From: a bacterium
Lineage (GTDB): Bacteria > Electryoneota > JAOADG01
Assembly (NCBI GenBank): GCA_963681965.1
Contig: OY820579.1
Location: 1,184,001-1,248,000, forward strand
DNA length: 64,000 bases
Reading direction: 5' to 3'
The position numbers were made by a program, and so were the translations under genes. Shown in pieces: positions 18,505 to 29,234 of the stretch. Below the pieces are notes generated by a model that saw nothing but the letters and a program-made list of their open reading frames with translations, did not search any database and was not told the DNA's origin. How positions within the stretch are numbered: the stretch's first letter is position 1; each line of letters begins with the position of its first letter.

Positions 18505-20712
18505 TCACTGAGCATAATTATAAGACAAAGAAATGAACGAACGGCGACCGGTAAACGGTCCGTAATATTCATTGGTGTAATCGAGTAAATTGGTTCCCCC
18601 GAGAATGAAGCGAATTCCCTTCAATCGTGAATTGATCGAATTGCCATTGAGCGTTAAGGTCACATCGAGAATCGGTTTTGGTGTTAACTTGGATAATTCA
18701 AAAGTGTACAATCCGTAGGTTAGATCGTAGCGTTGATCGTAGCGCTGGAAAACCCTTCCGCGAAGCGCGAGACCGATACCGTCGTCGGCACTGTGAAAAT
18801 CGAGTCGAACATTGCCTGTGTGCCTGGGGTGCGGTAAATACGAGTGTGCGGATAAATTGTACGCCTCCAGATATTGGTAACCGGCTGAAGTCGTCATATA
18901 ACGCGATTGGTACCATTTCCAATTCGATTCGAAACCACGCGTATAGCTTCGACCAATGTTCGTGTACGACAAGATTCCAACACGTACGGTCGTGTCTTCG
19001 ATCTGGTCGCGAAAATCGTTGTAGAACGCATTTACCGTCCATAACAACCGGCGATTGATCAGTATTTCGCTGCCGAAGTTGTATCCGGTCGATGTTTCGG
19101 GTTTTAAATTGGGATTGCCATAGGCTTCGTAACCGACAGCCGGATGGGGAAAAGTTAAATACAATTCAATCCAACTCGGCGCGCGGAATCCCCGACCAAC
19201 ACTACCACGGAACTTCAGCCAATCGTTGGGCGAGTACATTGCCGCGATCTTTGGCGAAAGGAAATTTCCTTTCGATTTGACAAAATATCCTGTGAGAAAT
19301 TTCGCGATCGATTGAGTGTAATTGTCTTCGAAATTCTGGAATCCTTGATTATGATCGAACCGAAGTCCTAACTCGGTTCGGAATTGATCCGACCATTTTT
19401 TTTCCGATTGTGCAAAGACCGACCAGACAATATTCTTTTTGACTGCGCCCCACGCGACTCGAGCTGCATCGAAATCCGATTGCGCAAGCGACAATCCGAA
19501 ACTTGCCGTGTAGTCGGCGGAGAATTGGCGATTGTAGTCGAGTTCCGCCGATAACAGACGCTCGCGGGAATCGTTCGATTGCGACATATCATGATAACCA
19601 CTCTTGCGAACGAAGACGTCGTAAAGGCGATCGTATTGCGAGAATCGACTCTTAAACTTTACTTCCGCCCACGGGCGATATCGGAATGATACCGAAGGTC
19701 GGTAATCATACCGCAGTACCCGGGTTTCGTACCGGATGCTTGCGTCTTTCGAGATTTCACGGTTGTTCGTAAAACCGCCATCGATTTCACCCGACCAAAG
19801 TGAGTTCTCGGGGTGGAATAATATTTTACCACCAAAATCAGCACGGTCTTTACCGATCATCGTAAGATAATCGCGCATCGGTGTTCTACCTTGATGCATC
19901 GACGAACCGTTAAGCAGAATGCTCCAGTCATCGTGATGGCTGCTGATGGTTTGTGAGATTTCCCCTAATTCGTATTCGCCGCCTTTCACTTCTGTCGATA
20001 GCTCAAGCGGTTTTTGCGGTCTCTTCGTAATGATGTTGATAACGCCACTCATCGCTTCACTGCCATACAGAGAACTGCCAGGTCCTTTAACAATCTCGAT
20101 ACGTTCGACGCGATCAAGCGATAATGATCCTAGTTCCGAACGATCGTCGAATTTTCCAACCAGTGGTTCGCCATCTACTAGGACCAGTGCATATTTTGGA
20201 TCGGCTCCGAGGATTTCCGCCGATTGACCACCTGTGCGACCACCACGGAGATCTACACCTAGACGATCCGAGATCGCTTCGGCAACATCCTTAGCACCGT
20301 TTTCGCGAATTTCTTTTTCCGTAAGGACAATCGTAGGTACGGCAATTTCTTGTGAGGTGCGTTCAGTGCGGGTTGCTGTGACGACAATCTGATCAAGCAT
20401 TAAATAGTTTTTGCGGAGTTTGATCGTAATATTTTTCACATCATTGCGTGACAAATCGATCCCGATAATTGACGGTTCATATCCAACGTAGCTGGTTTTT
20501 AACCGATAACTTCCACTCGCTAGTTGTTGGAACTCAAAATTTCCATCGAAATCGCTCAGTGTGGCGCGTTTCGTACCTTCGAGCAATACCGATGCTCGAG
20601 GTAGAGGAGTTCCGTCCTCACCGACGATTTTACCGGAGATCGAATAGTTGGATGCTAAGGCGATTAGATATAGAGAAAAACACAGTCCGAGCGCGAAAAT
20701 TTGTCGCACCAT
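18505..20712 (-). CDS. TonB-dependent receptor (heme/cobalamin/siderophore class, CarboxypepD_reg N-domain)
   Basis: QIVVTATRT TonB box, VERIEIVKGPGSSLYGSEAMSGVINIITK, FRAPS..ELY, GNPNLKPE. Confidence 0.9.
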   Translation of the reverse strand: MVRQIFALGLCFSLYLIALASNYSISGKIVGEDGTPLPRASVLLEGTKRATLSDFDGNFEFQQLASGSYRLKTSYVGYEPSIIGIDLSRNDVKNITIKLRKNYLMLDQIVVTATRTERTSQEIAVPTIVLTEKEIRENGAKDVAEAISDRLGVDLRGGRTGGQSAEILGADPKYALVLVDGEPLVGKFDDRSELGSLSLDRVERIEIVKGPGSSLYGSEAMSGVINIITKRPQKPLELSTEVKGGEYELGEISQTISSHHDDWSILLNGSSMHQGRTPMRDYLTMIGKDRADFGGKILFHPENSLWSGEIDGGFTNNREISKDASIRYETRVLRYDYRPSVSFRYRPWAEVKFKSRFSQYDRLYDVFVRKSGYHDMSQSNDSRERLLSAELDYNRQFSADYTASFGLSLAQSDFDAARVAWGAVKKNIVWSVFAQSEKKWSDQFRTELGLRFDHNQGFQNFEDNYTQSIAKFLTGYFVKSKGNFLSPKIAAMYSPNDWLKFRGSVGRGFRAPSWIELYLTFPHPAVGYEAYGNPNLKPETSTGYNFGSEILINRRLLWTVNAFYNDFRDQIEDTTVRVGILSYTNIGRSYTRGFESNWKWYQSRYMTTSAGYQYLEAYNLSAHSYLPHPRHTGNVRLDFHSADDGIGLALRGRVFQRYDQRYDLTYGLYTFELSKLTPKPILDVTLTLNGNSINSRLKGIRFILGGTNLLDYTNEYYGPFTGRRSFISLSYNYAQ

Positions 20713-20828
20713 TACCTCCCCCCCACGAGAAGGAACTGAAATATCACAAAGATTGAAAAAATAACACAGCTAAGACGCTGTGAAATAGGATCAAATATAC
20801 ACTATTTGTAGTACGAGAGGAAATTTGA

Positions 20829-20849
20829 AATTGCTATTTGATTATCAAA
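20829..20849 (-). promoter_or_regulatory. Weak Fur-box-like site upstream of TBDR
   Basis: Minus strand TTTGATAATCAAATAGCAATT; partial match to GATAATGATAATCATTATC. Confidence 0.25.
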
Positions 20850-21019
20850 CAAATTGGTGGGTTTTGACAGTGTAGACACAAGAGCGTTGTTGGGTAATCG
20901 AATGATTTGTGACATAATTAACGAATTATCAAATGAGTGGTCAGGATTTAGCCCCCTCAGAGGCGAATTCAGCCGTCGGTCGCGACTGGAATATTAACGG
21001 GCAAAAATCATTGATCCGA

Positions 21020-21580
21020 TTAGTTAACTTTCAAATCGGGACGATACTTTAGCAGTTCTTGATAGAGACGCCACTGCTCAAAGTGGTAAACTTCTTCGTG
21101 TCCATCGGGATATACGTATTTATTTCCGGTCATGGTTCGTTTTAAAACCGGGGCATTCGGATCGTCGGGAACCAATAACGCTATCAGAGTCAATTTTTGA
21201 TTGGGGGTGATAACCTTGATCGAATACAGACCTTGTCCAGCCAATACTTTTTTGAATGACTGAATCTCATCCCAGCGAATCAACGTTTCGTGACCCGGAG
21301 TCAAGTTTTGAATACCGATATCATTGATTTCCACTTCGGCGTTCAGCGTCTTGCCGATCTCGCGACGCGCCAGGAGAAAACCGATCGCATCCATCGCGAG
21401 CAATCCAACGATAATCGCGAATAGCATCGTCGGCGAATTCGTTTTGAACGAAACAAGGTAGAGAACTCCCGCGAGAATGATCGGGAGTATTAATGATAGT
21501 ATTAATACTAACCGCATCATAATTTGAATTGTTGGCATCTTGCGATAGACTGAAATGAAACGCATTTTAGCTCCGTACAA
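21020..21580 (-). CDS. Hypothetical membrane protein (2 TM + PH-like soluble domain)
   Basis: Two hydrophobic helices then EINDIGI...IRWDEI pattern; start uncertain. Confidence 0.6.
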   Translation of the reverse strand: MYGAKMRFISVYRKMPTIQIMMRLVLILSLILPIILAGVLYLVSFKTNSPTMLFAIIVGLLAMDAIGFLLARREIGKTLNAEVEINDIGIQNLTPGHETLIRWDEIQSFKKVLAGQGLYSIKVITPNQKLTLIALLVPDDPNAPVLKRTMTGNKYVYPDGHEEVYHFEQWRLYQELLKYRPDLKVN

Positions 21581-21650
21581 AAATGGGCAGGTTACAATTA
21601 ATGTATTGTCGTTACCGTATTGACTACAATACTAAGGATGAAGATCAAGA

Positions 21651-22031
21651 ATGGAAGTGAGTATGTTCGATTTAAAATCGGAATTTGAAAAACTGATTGG
21701 CTCTTGGGAACTGGCTGGTCCGAAAAAGATGTTTGGATACGAAGTGTATGCTGCTAATCGAAAAATGTTCGGATGGCTGGAAGAAGATGGAATTGCACTG
21801 ACGGCGTTACCGGAAGAAGCTCGAGAAATTGTAATGAATACCTTCGATACTTATCCTTTTCAACATGGCAATCGAATATTCAGAAGTTGGCTGATTGTGT
21901 CAGTGTCCAATAAGAGTACATTTCGGAAATTGACTCCATTTATCGAATTGAGTTACCGAACGGCATTCGAAGCATCACTCAATCCAAAACCGGAAAAAAC
22001 GTCAACAAAAAAACGATTGCGCTACTACTAG
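21651..22031 (+). CDS. TfoX N-terminal domain-like protein
   Basis: KKMFG....A.RKMFG motif; C-terminal FIELSY + basic tail. Confidence 0.6.
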   Translation: MEVSMFDLKSEFEKLIGSWELAGPKKMFGYEVYAANRKMFGWLEEDGIALTALPEEAREIVMNTFDTYPFQHGNRIFRSWLIVSVSNKSTFRKLTPFIELSYRTAFEASLNPKPEKTSTKKRLRYY

Positions 22032-22118
22032 GAAAATCGATCAAGAATTCGATCTAGCTGTATCGAATGAGGATAAACAATCGAAATGATAACGCGAAAG
22101 TGCGAATCAATCGACGTT

Positions 22119-22484
22119 CTACCTATTACCTGGGTGAATATTCGACCTGTCAGTGGATCTGAAAGTATAGTTACGTAACGGCTTTCCATCGGAATCGGGA
22201 AGACGATTGAATGCAATCAATCCCAAATCGATCAACCACCAAATCCCCAACCCTCCGATCGAGAAGAACTTCAACATACCTAAGACCGTATAACCAAGGT
22301 AAAATCGATCAATCCCAAATCCTCCCCCGAAAAATGAAATAAGAAGTGTAACAAGATGATCGCGGTCGCTTTCATTGGGATCGTAATCAGGAGAATAACT
22401 TTCCTCAGATAACGCAATTGAATTGCATTGGGAACACTTCTGTTCGCTAGACACAATTTCCGCACCACATTGGGAACAATTCAT
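22119..22484 (-). CDS. Zinc-ribbon + TM2 domain protein
   Basis: CSQCG...CSQC; FGGGFGIDRFYLGY...GIWWLIDL...DSDG. Confidence 0.85.
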   Translation of the reverse strand: MNCSQCGAEIVSSEQKCSQCNSIALSEESYSPDYDPNESDRDHLVTLLISFFGGGFGIDRFYLGYTVLGMLKFFSIGGLGIWWLIDLGLIAFNRLPDSDGKPLRNYTFRSTDRSNIHPGNR

Positions 22485-22753
22485 GTTTCTCCATTTTGAA
22501 ACAATTATAATTTGTGTCAGTTAGTATTAAAATCGATAAACTGAAATCAATCGGTGAAAATTGATTCCGACCGGTAATGGTTAAGTTGGCAATTTGTCTA
22601 CATACTAACACTTCCAATCAATTTGATCTTGCCAGAACTAAATATGGGTTTGTTTTACTGATCTAAATCTAACTAGTGAGGTGGTACCCTCAGTTTGGAC
22701 AGTTTTGTGCGAATCTTAGTTAGATTGCACCGCCCACTGTCTGCTGTTTCTTG

Positions 22754-23638
22754 TCAGGCAGCTGCCTGACAAGAAAGATTTCTTAGACTATCGGTGTAGA
22801 CTTCATCTGGGGTTTGATAGCCCAAGCCTTGGTGCGAACGTTCGCTGTTGTAGAACGAAAAATACTCACCGATGCTACGCTCTGCAATGCGAACTGAATC
22901 GTACCCTTTCAAGTATACTTCCTCGTACTTCAACGACTTCCACAACCGTTCGACAAAACGGTTATCCATCCACCGACCTTTACCATCCATACTGATCCGA
23001 ACGCCTGCCTCTTTCAAAACATCCGTAAATGCGATGCTGGTAAACTGACACCCTTGATCGCTGTTGAAGATCTCAGGCTTCCCATACTTCGACAACGCAT
23101 CCTTCAATGCTTCCACACAGGAATGCGTATCCAGCGTATTCGAAAGTCGCCACGACAGTACTTTCCGGCTGTACCAATCGATCACCGCCACCAGATACAC
23201 AAAACCCCGAGCCAATGGGATGTACGTGATATCGGTTGCCCACACTTGATTCGCCCGATCTACCACAATATCGCGAAGCAAGTACGGATAAATCTTGTGT
23301 TCCTTGTCAGGAACCGTCGTACGCGGCTTGCGGTACAATGCTTCCAGACCGAGGAGGCGCAGCAGGGAACGAACCTTTTTCCGTCCAACGTCGATGCCCT
23401 GCTTCGATAACTCCACCACCAGTTTACGAGCACCGTAGAACGGAACTTTCAGATGAAGCTCATCCAATGTTCGCAACAGCATCAACTCGGTCGAATCAAG
23501 CGGAACCGGACGATAGTAGAAACTGCTGCGTGGAATCTGGATCAAAGAACACTGCTGAACCACCGGCAAACTGGCACCAGGATCGATCAGCGCTTCACGC
23601 TCAGAACGCCCAAGCGACTGAGCCCCCGTGACAAAAAA
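22754..23638 (-). CDS. IS3 transposase OrfB (DDE integrase core), reached by -1 frameshift
   Basis: [40 protein letters not shown]; -1 frame is open from the T6 run ([18 protein letters not shown]...). Confidence 0.93.
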   Translation of the reverse strand, partial: FFVTGAQSLGRSEREALIDPGASLPVVQQCSLIQIPRSSFYYRPVPLDSTELMLLRTLDELHLKVPFYGARKLVVELSKQGIDVGRKKVRSLLRLLGLEALYRKPRTTVPDKEHKIYPYLLRDIVVDRANQVWATDITYIPLARGFVYLVAVIDWYSRKVLSWRLSNTLDTHSCVEALKDALSKYGKPEIFNSDQGCQFTSIAFTDVLKEAGVRISMDGKGRWMDNRFVERLWKSLKYEEVYLKGYDSVRIAERSIGEYFSFYNSERSHQGLGYQTPDEVYTDSLRNLSCQAAA

Positions 23639-23889
23639 TCGTTCTCCATCGTTAACTGGCCAATCTTGGCGCGAAGCTCCTTAAGGTCTACTTCTTCACT
23701 TCCTGACGACTCGGTCTTGCCAAACACCGATGCAGCATGATCCAAAAGCTGCCTCTTCCACTGGCTGATCTGATTCGGATGAACCTGATACATACTCGCC
23801 AGTTCCGATACCGTCTTTTCACCCTTGAGGGCTGCTAATGCTACCTTCGCCTTGAAATCAGGCGATAAGGTCCGTCGTAATCCCGACAT
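23587..23889 (-). CDS. IS3 transposase OrfA (HTH)
   Basis: [38 protein letters not shown]; GGGAG RBS. Confidence 0.92.
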   Translation of the reverse strand: MSGLRRTLSPDFKAKVALAALKGEKTVSELASMYQVHPNQISQWKRQLLDHAASVFGKTESSGSEEVDLKELRAKIGQLTMENDFLSRGLSRLGVLSVKR

Positions 23890-25044
23890 TGTAAACTCCC
23901 TGCTTGCTGTCAAAATATCGGGCAAAGCAATCTAACTAACAAACTGTCCAGGAAAACGGGACCACTTCATAGAAAGATATCGATCACACACTTGTTTGAG
24001 AAATTTTTCATTACATCCCAATGCTGATGAAAATAGTTGATCAATTTTTTTGAACAAGAGGGCGGTACTGATCGATTTAGAAGAAGTAAATCTTTCTCAC
24101 AAGGATTAATTGTTGCATTAATAGTCACTGTTGTTGTGCATAACTGTATATTTCGTGAGCATTGAACGTTTCATCTGATACCAGAAGAAGTTGATCAAAA
24201 AAAAATTGTGTGTGATTTTGGTACCTGCAATTTGATGAAACGTTTGCTTGACGCTGAAGCAAACAGTAAATCGGAGTTTTTGTAACGACTAAATAATATT
24301 TCGCAAATTCTTATTCATCCCAATTCAGTCAATTTGTTGTTGAATATCAATCAAAGATGATTTGATTTTTCTGCGTTAATATTTGAACAGTTTTCACCTA
24401 AAATTGTCATTTCAATGCGAAGAAACTCAGGGAGGGGGAAGCGATAACTCTAAAATTGTTCAAGTAACGGTGTAAAATTAATACAATTTCAACGCTGAAA
24501 CAGAATTATTTTGCTCTTGATCCACTCAAGTTATTCTTTGTTTATTATTACGTTAGTTATTTATAAGTAAAAGAGTGATGTATGAAAGATTTCCGTGAAA
24601 CATGATCAAATATATTTTATTGCCATCATTATAAATAGTTAATATACTATAGTATACGGCATGTGCTCGTTTGACAATTCCCATATTATCGGTGTAATTA
24701 ATTGTTCTTAGTAAGCCGCTGTAAATTATGGTATTAACTGAACTGAAAGAAATCGCCGAAATCATTTTACAATTTACCAATAAACAATGATATGAAAGTT
24801 TTCAAGTGAGAGACTGTGATTTAGTTAGATAAATTGTTTCACGATATGAGAATATTTACAGCGTCATGTAACATAATGTTAATGAAAGATATAGCGCGAA
24901 TGGCAAGATTGTTGTATTTATTGTCGCATAAATAAGCTATGACAAGCAATTAGTCTTGCAGAATTAGCTTTTGTTACGTATCATTAGTGAGTTTCTACCC
25001 ATGAAACATTAGTAATCTTTTTTTTTTCGAAAGGAGAGCAGTAG

Positions 25045-25578
25045 ATGGCAAGTGATAACTTGAAAGAGCAAGTCGATCAAATTGAACGATTGATGTCTGC
25101 ATTTCCCGTATTGATGTCTGCAATGCATCGATATGGCGCAACTTTTGCCCGGGAACGGGAATTGTCGGTTGCTCAATTTAAAGCATTGTTGCTTTTGGAA
25201 CACCACGGTCCATTGTCGATGAGTGAATTGGCACACTTACTGAGCATCAGCCCGTCCACCGCTTCGTTGACAACCGAACGAATGGTGAAGCACAATCTCG
25301 TCAAGCGACGGCACGACCTTCCCGACAAGCGAATGGTTCGCGTTCACCTTTCTGCTGCTGGTTCCGCATTCTTGGCTGCACACCGGGAACATGCCCGCGA
25401 TGTGTTCAAACAGACATTGGATCGGTTATCGGCAGACGATCGGAAACGTTACGTTGATGCGTGGGAATTTCTCGTAGATACAACTCAAAAAGTTACAGAC
25501 GAGTATTTCGCCAATGAGCGTCGCAAACACGGTCGCGTCGGCGAAAGTGGAACGCCAGCTTATGACGATGAAGATTAA
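25045..25578 (+). CDS. MarR family transcriptional regulator
   Basis: LSVAQFKAL...LSMSELA...PSTAS...LVKR...DKR...LSAAG; AAGGAG RBS. Confidence 0.9.
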   Translation: MASDNLKEQVDQIERLMSAFPVLMSAMHRYGATFARERELSVAQFKALLLLEHHGPLSMSELAHLLSISPSTASLTTERMVKHNLVKRRHDLPDKRMVRVHLSAAGSAFLAAHREHARDVFKQTLDRLSADDRKRYVDAWEFLVDTTQKVTDEYFANERRKHGRVGESGTPAYDDED

Positions 25579-25605
25579 TCGATCATCATGAATTTTCCAT
25601 TTGTG

Positions 25606-25638
25606 AAAATAACCCGTCGGATAGACGGGTTATTTTTT
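25606..25638. terminator. Intrinsic terminator after marR
   Basis: AAAATAACCCGTC-ggata-GACGGGTTATTTTTT. Confidence 0.8.
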
Positions 25639-25834
25639 GTTCGATTCAAATAGAGATTGAATTTATTGGATGGAGGAGGCATATTGTGGTTCATATTCAA
25701 TCCATTTCGAGCTGGAACCACAGTGAAACGGCGATTTTGAATTCACCAGTCGAGAGAATTTATTTTTTTGTCGAAACGAAGTTATATTATCGAGTAGGAA
25801 GTTTGATTGTTTTTTTGCAAAGGAAGTAACGACA

Positions 25835-26242
25835 GTGGACCTTACTATACAACTCACACTATGTTTGGCGGGAGGATGGGGAGTCTTACTGTTTGTTACC
25901 ATGGCGAGATGGTTCTCGATCGCTCGCGATACTCTGGATCTGAGTTTACGAAAACATCGGTTGATGTGGTTGCGTTTTCGCTGGTACTTGGGGTTGATCG
26001 TCGGAATTATTCTCATGGCAATCGTGGGATTCATTCTGTACAAAGATGCCAACGCCACGATTCCGAAAATTGCTTGGGCAGGATGGAGTTTAATTACCCT
26101 CATCGAAATTTATTTTCTTGTCAGGTTTCAACTTCTCTACAAGAATTTCCGAAAACATGCAGTTTATTTACACAACACTGATTTATTTTCCTCTATGATT
26201 GCATTCGTCGGAAGTTTTCTTATTATCTTCGCTGTAATTTAG
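25835..26242 (+). CDS. Hypothetical membrane protein (4 TM)
   Basis: AAGGAAG upstream of GTG; four hydrophobic segments. Confidence 0.6.
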   Translation: MDLTIQLTLCLAGGWGVLLFVTMARWFSIARDTLDLSLRKHRLMWLRFRWYLGLIVGIILMAIVGFILYKDANATIPKIAWAGWSLITLIEIYFLVRFQLLYKNFRKHAVYLHNTDLFSSMIAFVGSFLIIFAVI

Positions 26243-26344
26243 AAAACAACTTTTTATACAATTTGTCTTCAATCCGTTCCTTCCGTTATGCAATAACGGT
26301 TAACAGTGAATCTGTCGAATAATAATCGGGATAGGTAAATACAT

Positions 26345-28687
26345 ATGATGAAGTGTAGAATAAGTATCGCTTTCCTGTTGTTTTCACTGATAACAATTTC
26401 TCTGGCAGAATCCAAAATGACAATAGGAAGTATCCATGGATTTGTCCGCGATCGAGTAACGCAGGAAGGAATACCCGGAGCTACCGTGCGGATCGTTGGA
26501 TCGAAAATCGGTGGTAAATCCGATCTATCGGGAAAATTTCAGATTGATCAAATTCCAGTTGGAACTTCAACGATTCGTATTTCCGTTATCGGTTACGCCG
26601 AAGCAATTCGATCGGATATTCAGATTACTGCCGGTCGTTCAGCATACTTATTGGTCGAGCTGGAGACATCGTCCATTGAAGCCAAGGAAATCGTTGTAAA
26701 AGCCGATCCGTTTCAACAAGCTCCTGAAATCTCTACCAGTACCCAGCGAATGGCACAAGAAGAAATCCGGCGTGCGCCAGGGGCGCGTGAGGATCTATCG
26801 CGAGCAGTTCAAATTATGCCCGGTGTTCAGATGAATAGCGATGATCGCAACGATTTAGTTGTGCGTGGCGGTTCTCCGACGGAAGTGCTATTTCGAATCG
26901 ACGGAATCGAATTTCCGAATCCCAATCATTTCGGTACCCAGGGAGCAACCGGTGGTCCCATCGGAATGATCAATAACGATTTTGTTGCCGATGTTAATTT
27001 TCTGAGTGGTGGATTCCCGGCGCGATTTGGCGATAAGTTATCGGCGGTAGTCGATGTTAACTATCGCGAAGGCAACCCAAAATTTACGGGAAATACATAT
27101 TTTGGTTTCGCCGGTGCAGGTGGAGTTATTGAAGGACCGATCGGCAACAATCAATCCGGTTCGTATATTTTTAGCATTCGCAAAAGCTGGCTCGATCTAA
27201 TATCCGGGATGATGAATTACGGTGCCGTCCCGCATTATCAGGATGCACAATTCAAATTGTCGAATGCACTCAGTCCAGTCGATCGAATCTCCATTCTCGG
27301 AATTGCTGGTTCATCGGATATAAAAATGGAACCGAAACTGAGCGATTCGGATATCCCGCAAACGGAACACATTCTGGATAAACAAAACAGTGGCGTAATC
27401 GGCGTCAATTTTACACATATGTTTCCAAAAGTCGGTTATACGCGGTTTATTGCTTCGCTCGATCGTGCACAATTCGATGTCGATGTCGACACTCTCGAAT
27501 CCATTGCTAATCCGGTTTATCATCGCGCTTTTTATAATTCATCAATTGAGACCCAGAATGATTTTCGCAATGAATGGACACTTCACACCAACGCAAAATC
27601 GGAATGGAATTTTGGAATACAATATAAACGTGTTGGTTTTGACTATCGCGTGTATTCGCATGAACCACTCACTTCCTTTGATTCTTCATTGGTACCCCCT
27701 CAACTCACTACGAGGGTTATTGAACACGATGCCGATTTAAACCAATCTTCATGGAAAGGTGCCGGATATCTTACTTATTCGCAGAATCTGGGTATGAATT
27801 GGGTGTTCAATCTCGGTGGTCGCTTCGATTACTTCGACTTTACCGAGCAAAGCGATTTCTCGCCGCGAATCGGAGTCACTTATCGGATCGGAGCCGATAC
27901 CCGCATCACCGGATCATACGGGTGGTTCACGCAGGCTCCGCCACTCTTGTTACTGAATGGGAACGACGAAAATCGTCATTTGAAAAACATGAAAGCCGAA
28001 CATATTGTGATTGGGTTCGAGCATCTGCTCGATCCTTTCACTCGTGTATCACTAGAAGTTTACGATAAAAAGTATTCGCGAGTTCCGGTATCGCGAGATC
28101 GCAACAAGTGGGTAAGTATGATGAATTCAGGAACCGAATATGGTGGACTCGGTACTTGGGATCCTTTGGTATCGGATGGGGATGGTCAGAGTTACGGAAT
28201 TGAAGGGATGATCCAAAAGAAATTGCAACAGGATTTGTATGGTATCGCTACGGTGTCATGGTCGCGGACTTTTTACACCGCATACGATAAAATATCTCGT
28301 CGCAGCAGCTTCGATACTCCGATCATCATAAACTTTGTTGGTGGTTGGAAACCGAATGATCGGAACGATATCAGCTTTAAATGGTCCTTTGCTTCCGGAA
28401 CACCATACACACCGGTCAACGAAACTGTTTCGCGGCTCTACAACTACGAAATTCGCGATACACTTCAAATCAATTCGCTCCGTCGACCACCCTATCACCG
28501 GTTGGATCTTCGATACGATTATCGAACATTCTTTAACGGATGGAATTTGGTTTCGTGGTTTTCGATAGAGAATATTTACAATCGGCAAAACCTACTCTCC
28601 ACGGTGTGGAATCGAAAAACTGCCAAAGAAGAAAAATCCTATCAAACGGGATTGTTTCCAATTGGCGGCTTCACAGTCGAATGGTAA
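26345..28687 (+). CDS. TonB-dependent receptor (CarboxypepD_reg + plug + beta-barrel)
   Basis: Signal peptide; MPGV...NDLVVRGGSPTE, NPNHF, SGGFPARFGDKLS, YHRLDLR, C-terminal aromatic (VEW). Confidence 0.88.
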   Translation: MMKCRISIAFLLFSLITISLAESKMTIGSIHGFVRDRVTQEGIPGATVRIVGSKIGGKSDLSGKFQIDQIPVGTSTIRISVIGYAEAIRSDIQITAGRSAYLLVELETSSIEAKEIVVKADPFQQAPEISTSTQRMAQEEIRRAPGAREDLSRAVQIMPGVQMNSDDRNDLVVRGGSPTEVLFRIDGIEFPNPNHFGTQGATGGPIGMINNDFVADVNFLSGGFPARFGDKLSAVVDVNYREGNPKFTGNTYFGFAGAGGVIEGPIGNNQSGSYIFSIRKSWLDLISGMMNYGAVPHYQDAQFKLSNALSPVDRISILGIAGSSDIKMEPKLSDSDIPQTEHILDKQNSGVIGVNFTHMFPKVGYTRFIASLDRAQFDVDVDTLESIANPVYHRAFYNSSIETQNDFRNEWTLHTNAKSEWNFGIQYKRVGFDYRVYSHEPLTSFDSSLVPPQLTTRVIEHDADLNQSSWKGAGYLTYSQNLGMNWVFNLGGRFDYFDFTEQSDFSPRIGVTYRIGADTRITGSYGWFTQAPPLLLLNGNDENRHLKNMKAEHIVIGFEHLLDPFTRVSLEVYDKKYSRVPVSRDRNKWVSMMNSGTEYGGLGTWDPLVSDGDGQSYGIEGMIQKKLQQDLYGIATVSWSRTFYTAYDKISRRSSFDTPIIINFVGGWKPNDRNDISFKWSFASGTPYTPVNETVSRLYNYEIRDTLQINSLRRPPYHRLDLRYDYRTFFNGWNLVSWFSIENIYNRQNLLSTVWNRKTAKEEKSYQTGLFPIGGFTVEW

Positions 28688-28751
28688 TACTGACCAGTGT
28701 ACAGATGCTCAAAAATAAATTCTTGTTCGTATGAGCGTCGGTGAGCGTTTA

Positions 28752-29234
28752 TTAAATTCCGAACCAGTTGTCGTCGGCGAGGTCGGCTTCCAATTGTTGA
28801 CGATCTGCTTCGTCGGGGATTTGGATACCGGCTTCGCGGGCTAGCTGTTTGTAATGAAATGCTTGTTTTGCGTTGCCCGCGCAAGCATATGCTCGTGCCA
28901 TTGCCTCGTACGAATATGCTAAATCGAATCCTTGCAATTGATACATTAGAGTCATCGATAGACAGCGTTCGGCATGATGTAAAGCCGGTTCGGGTCGATC
29001 AAGCAGCGATGCCACATGTGAAATCATCCATTCACCGCGAGTGATGTTAATCGGTTCGCCGATTTCGCTCCAATGATAGAGCGATCCGTAGGCAGCCTGA
29101 AGAGCACGTTCTTTTTCTTCGGGATTCTCCGAAGCTGCCATGAGATGTTCCCAAGCCCGATTAAACAGCGTGACGGCAAAAAAACGATGACCTTGTTTTA
29201 GCTTCTCTACTTGTTGATCGGTGATGTCCGACAT
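28752..29234 (-). CDS. Conserved hypothetical helical protein
   Basis: HRFFAVTLFNRAW, SLYHW, RGEWMISHV, AYSYEAMARA; coherent 160-aa ORF. Confidence 0.7.
   Translation of the reverse strand: MSDITDQQVEKLKQGHRFFAVTLFNRAWEHLMAASENPEEKERALQAAYGSLYHWSEIGEPINITRGEWMISHVASLLDRPEPALHHAERCLSMTLMYQLQGFDLAYSYEAMARAYACAGNAKQAFHYKQLAREAGIQIPDEADRQQLEADLADDNWFGI

Larger units (their letters stand above)
22677..23969 (-). mobile_element. IS3-family insertion sequence (~1293 bp), apparently intact
   Basis: TG...CA ends; imperfect terminal IRs TGAGGTGGTACCCTCAGTTTGGACAGTTT vs TGAAGTGGTCCCGTTTTCCTGGACAGTTT; 3-bp TAG duplication at 22674-22676 and 23970-23972. Confidence 0.95.

Noticed and set aside
20713-21019. 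Cobalamin riboswitch upstream of the TBDR
   Set aside because: No recognisable B12-box or conserved GGGAA...GCCCCCGCAACTGT core; an Infernal scan would be decisive.
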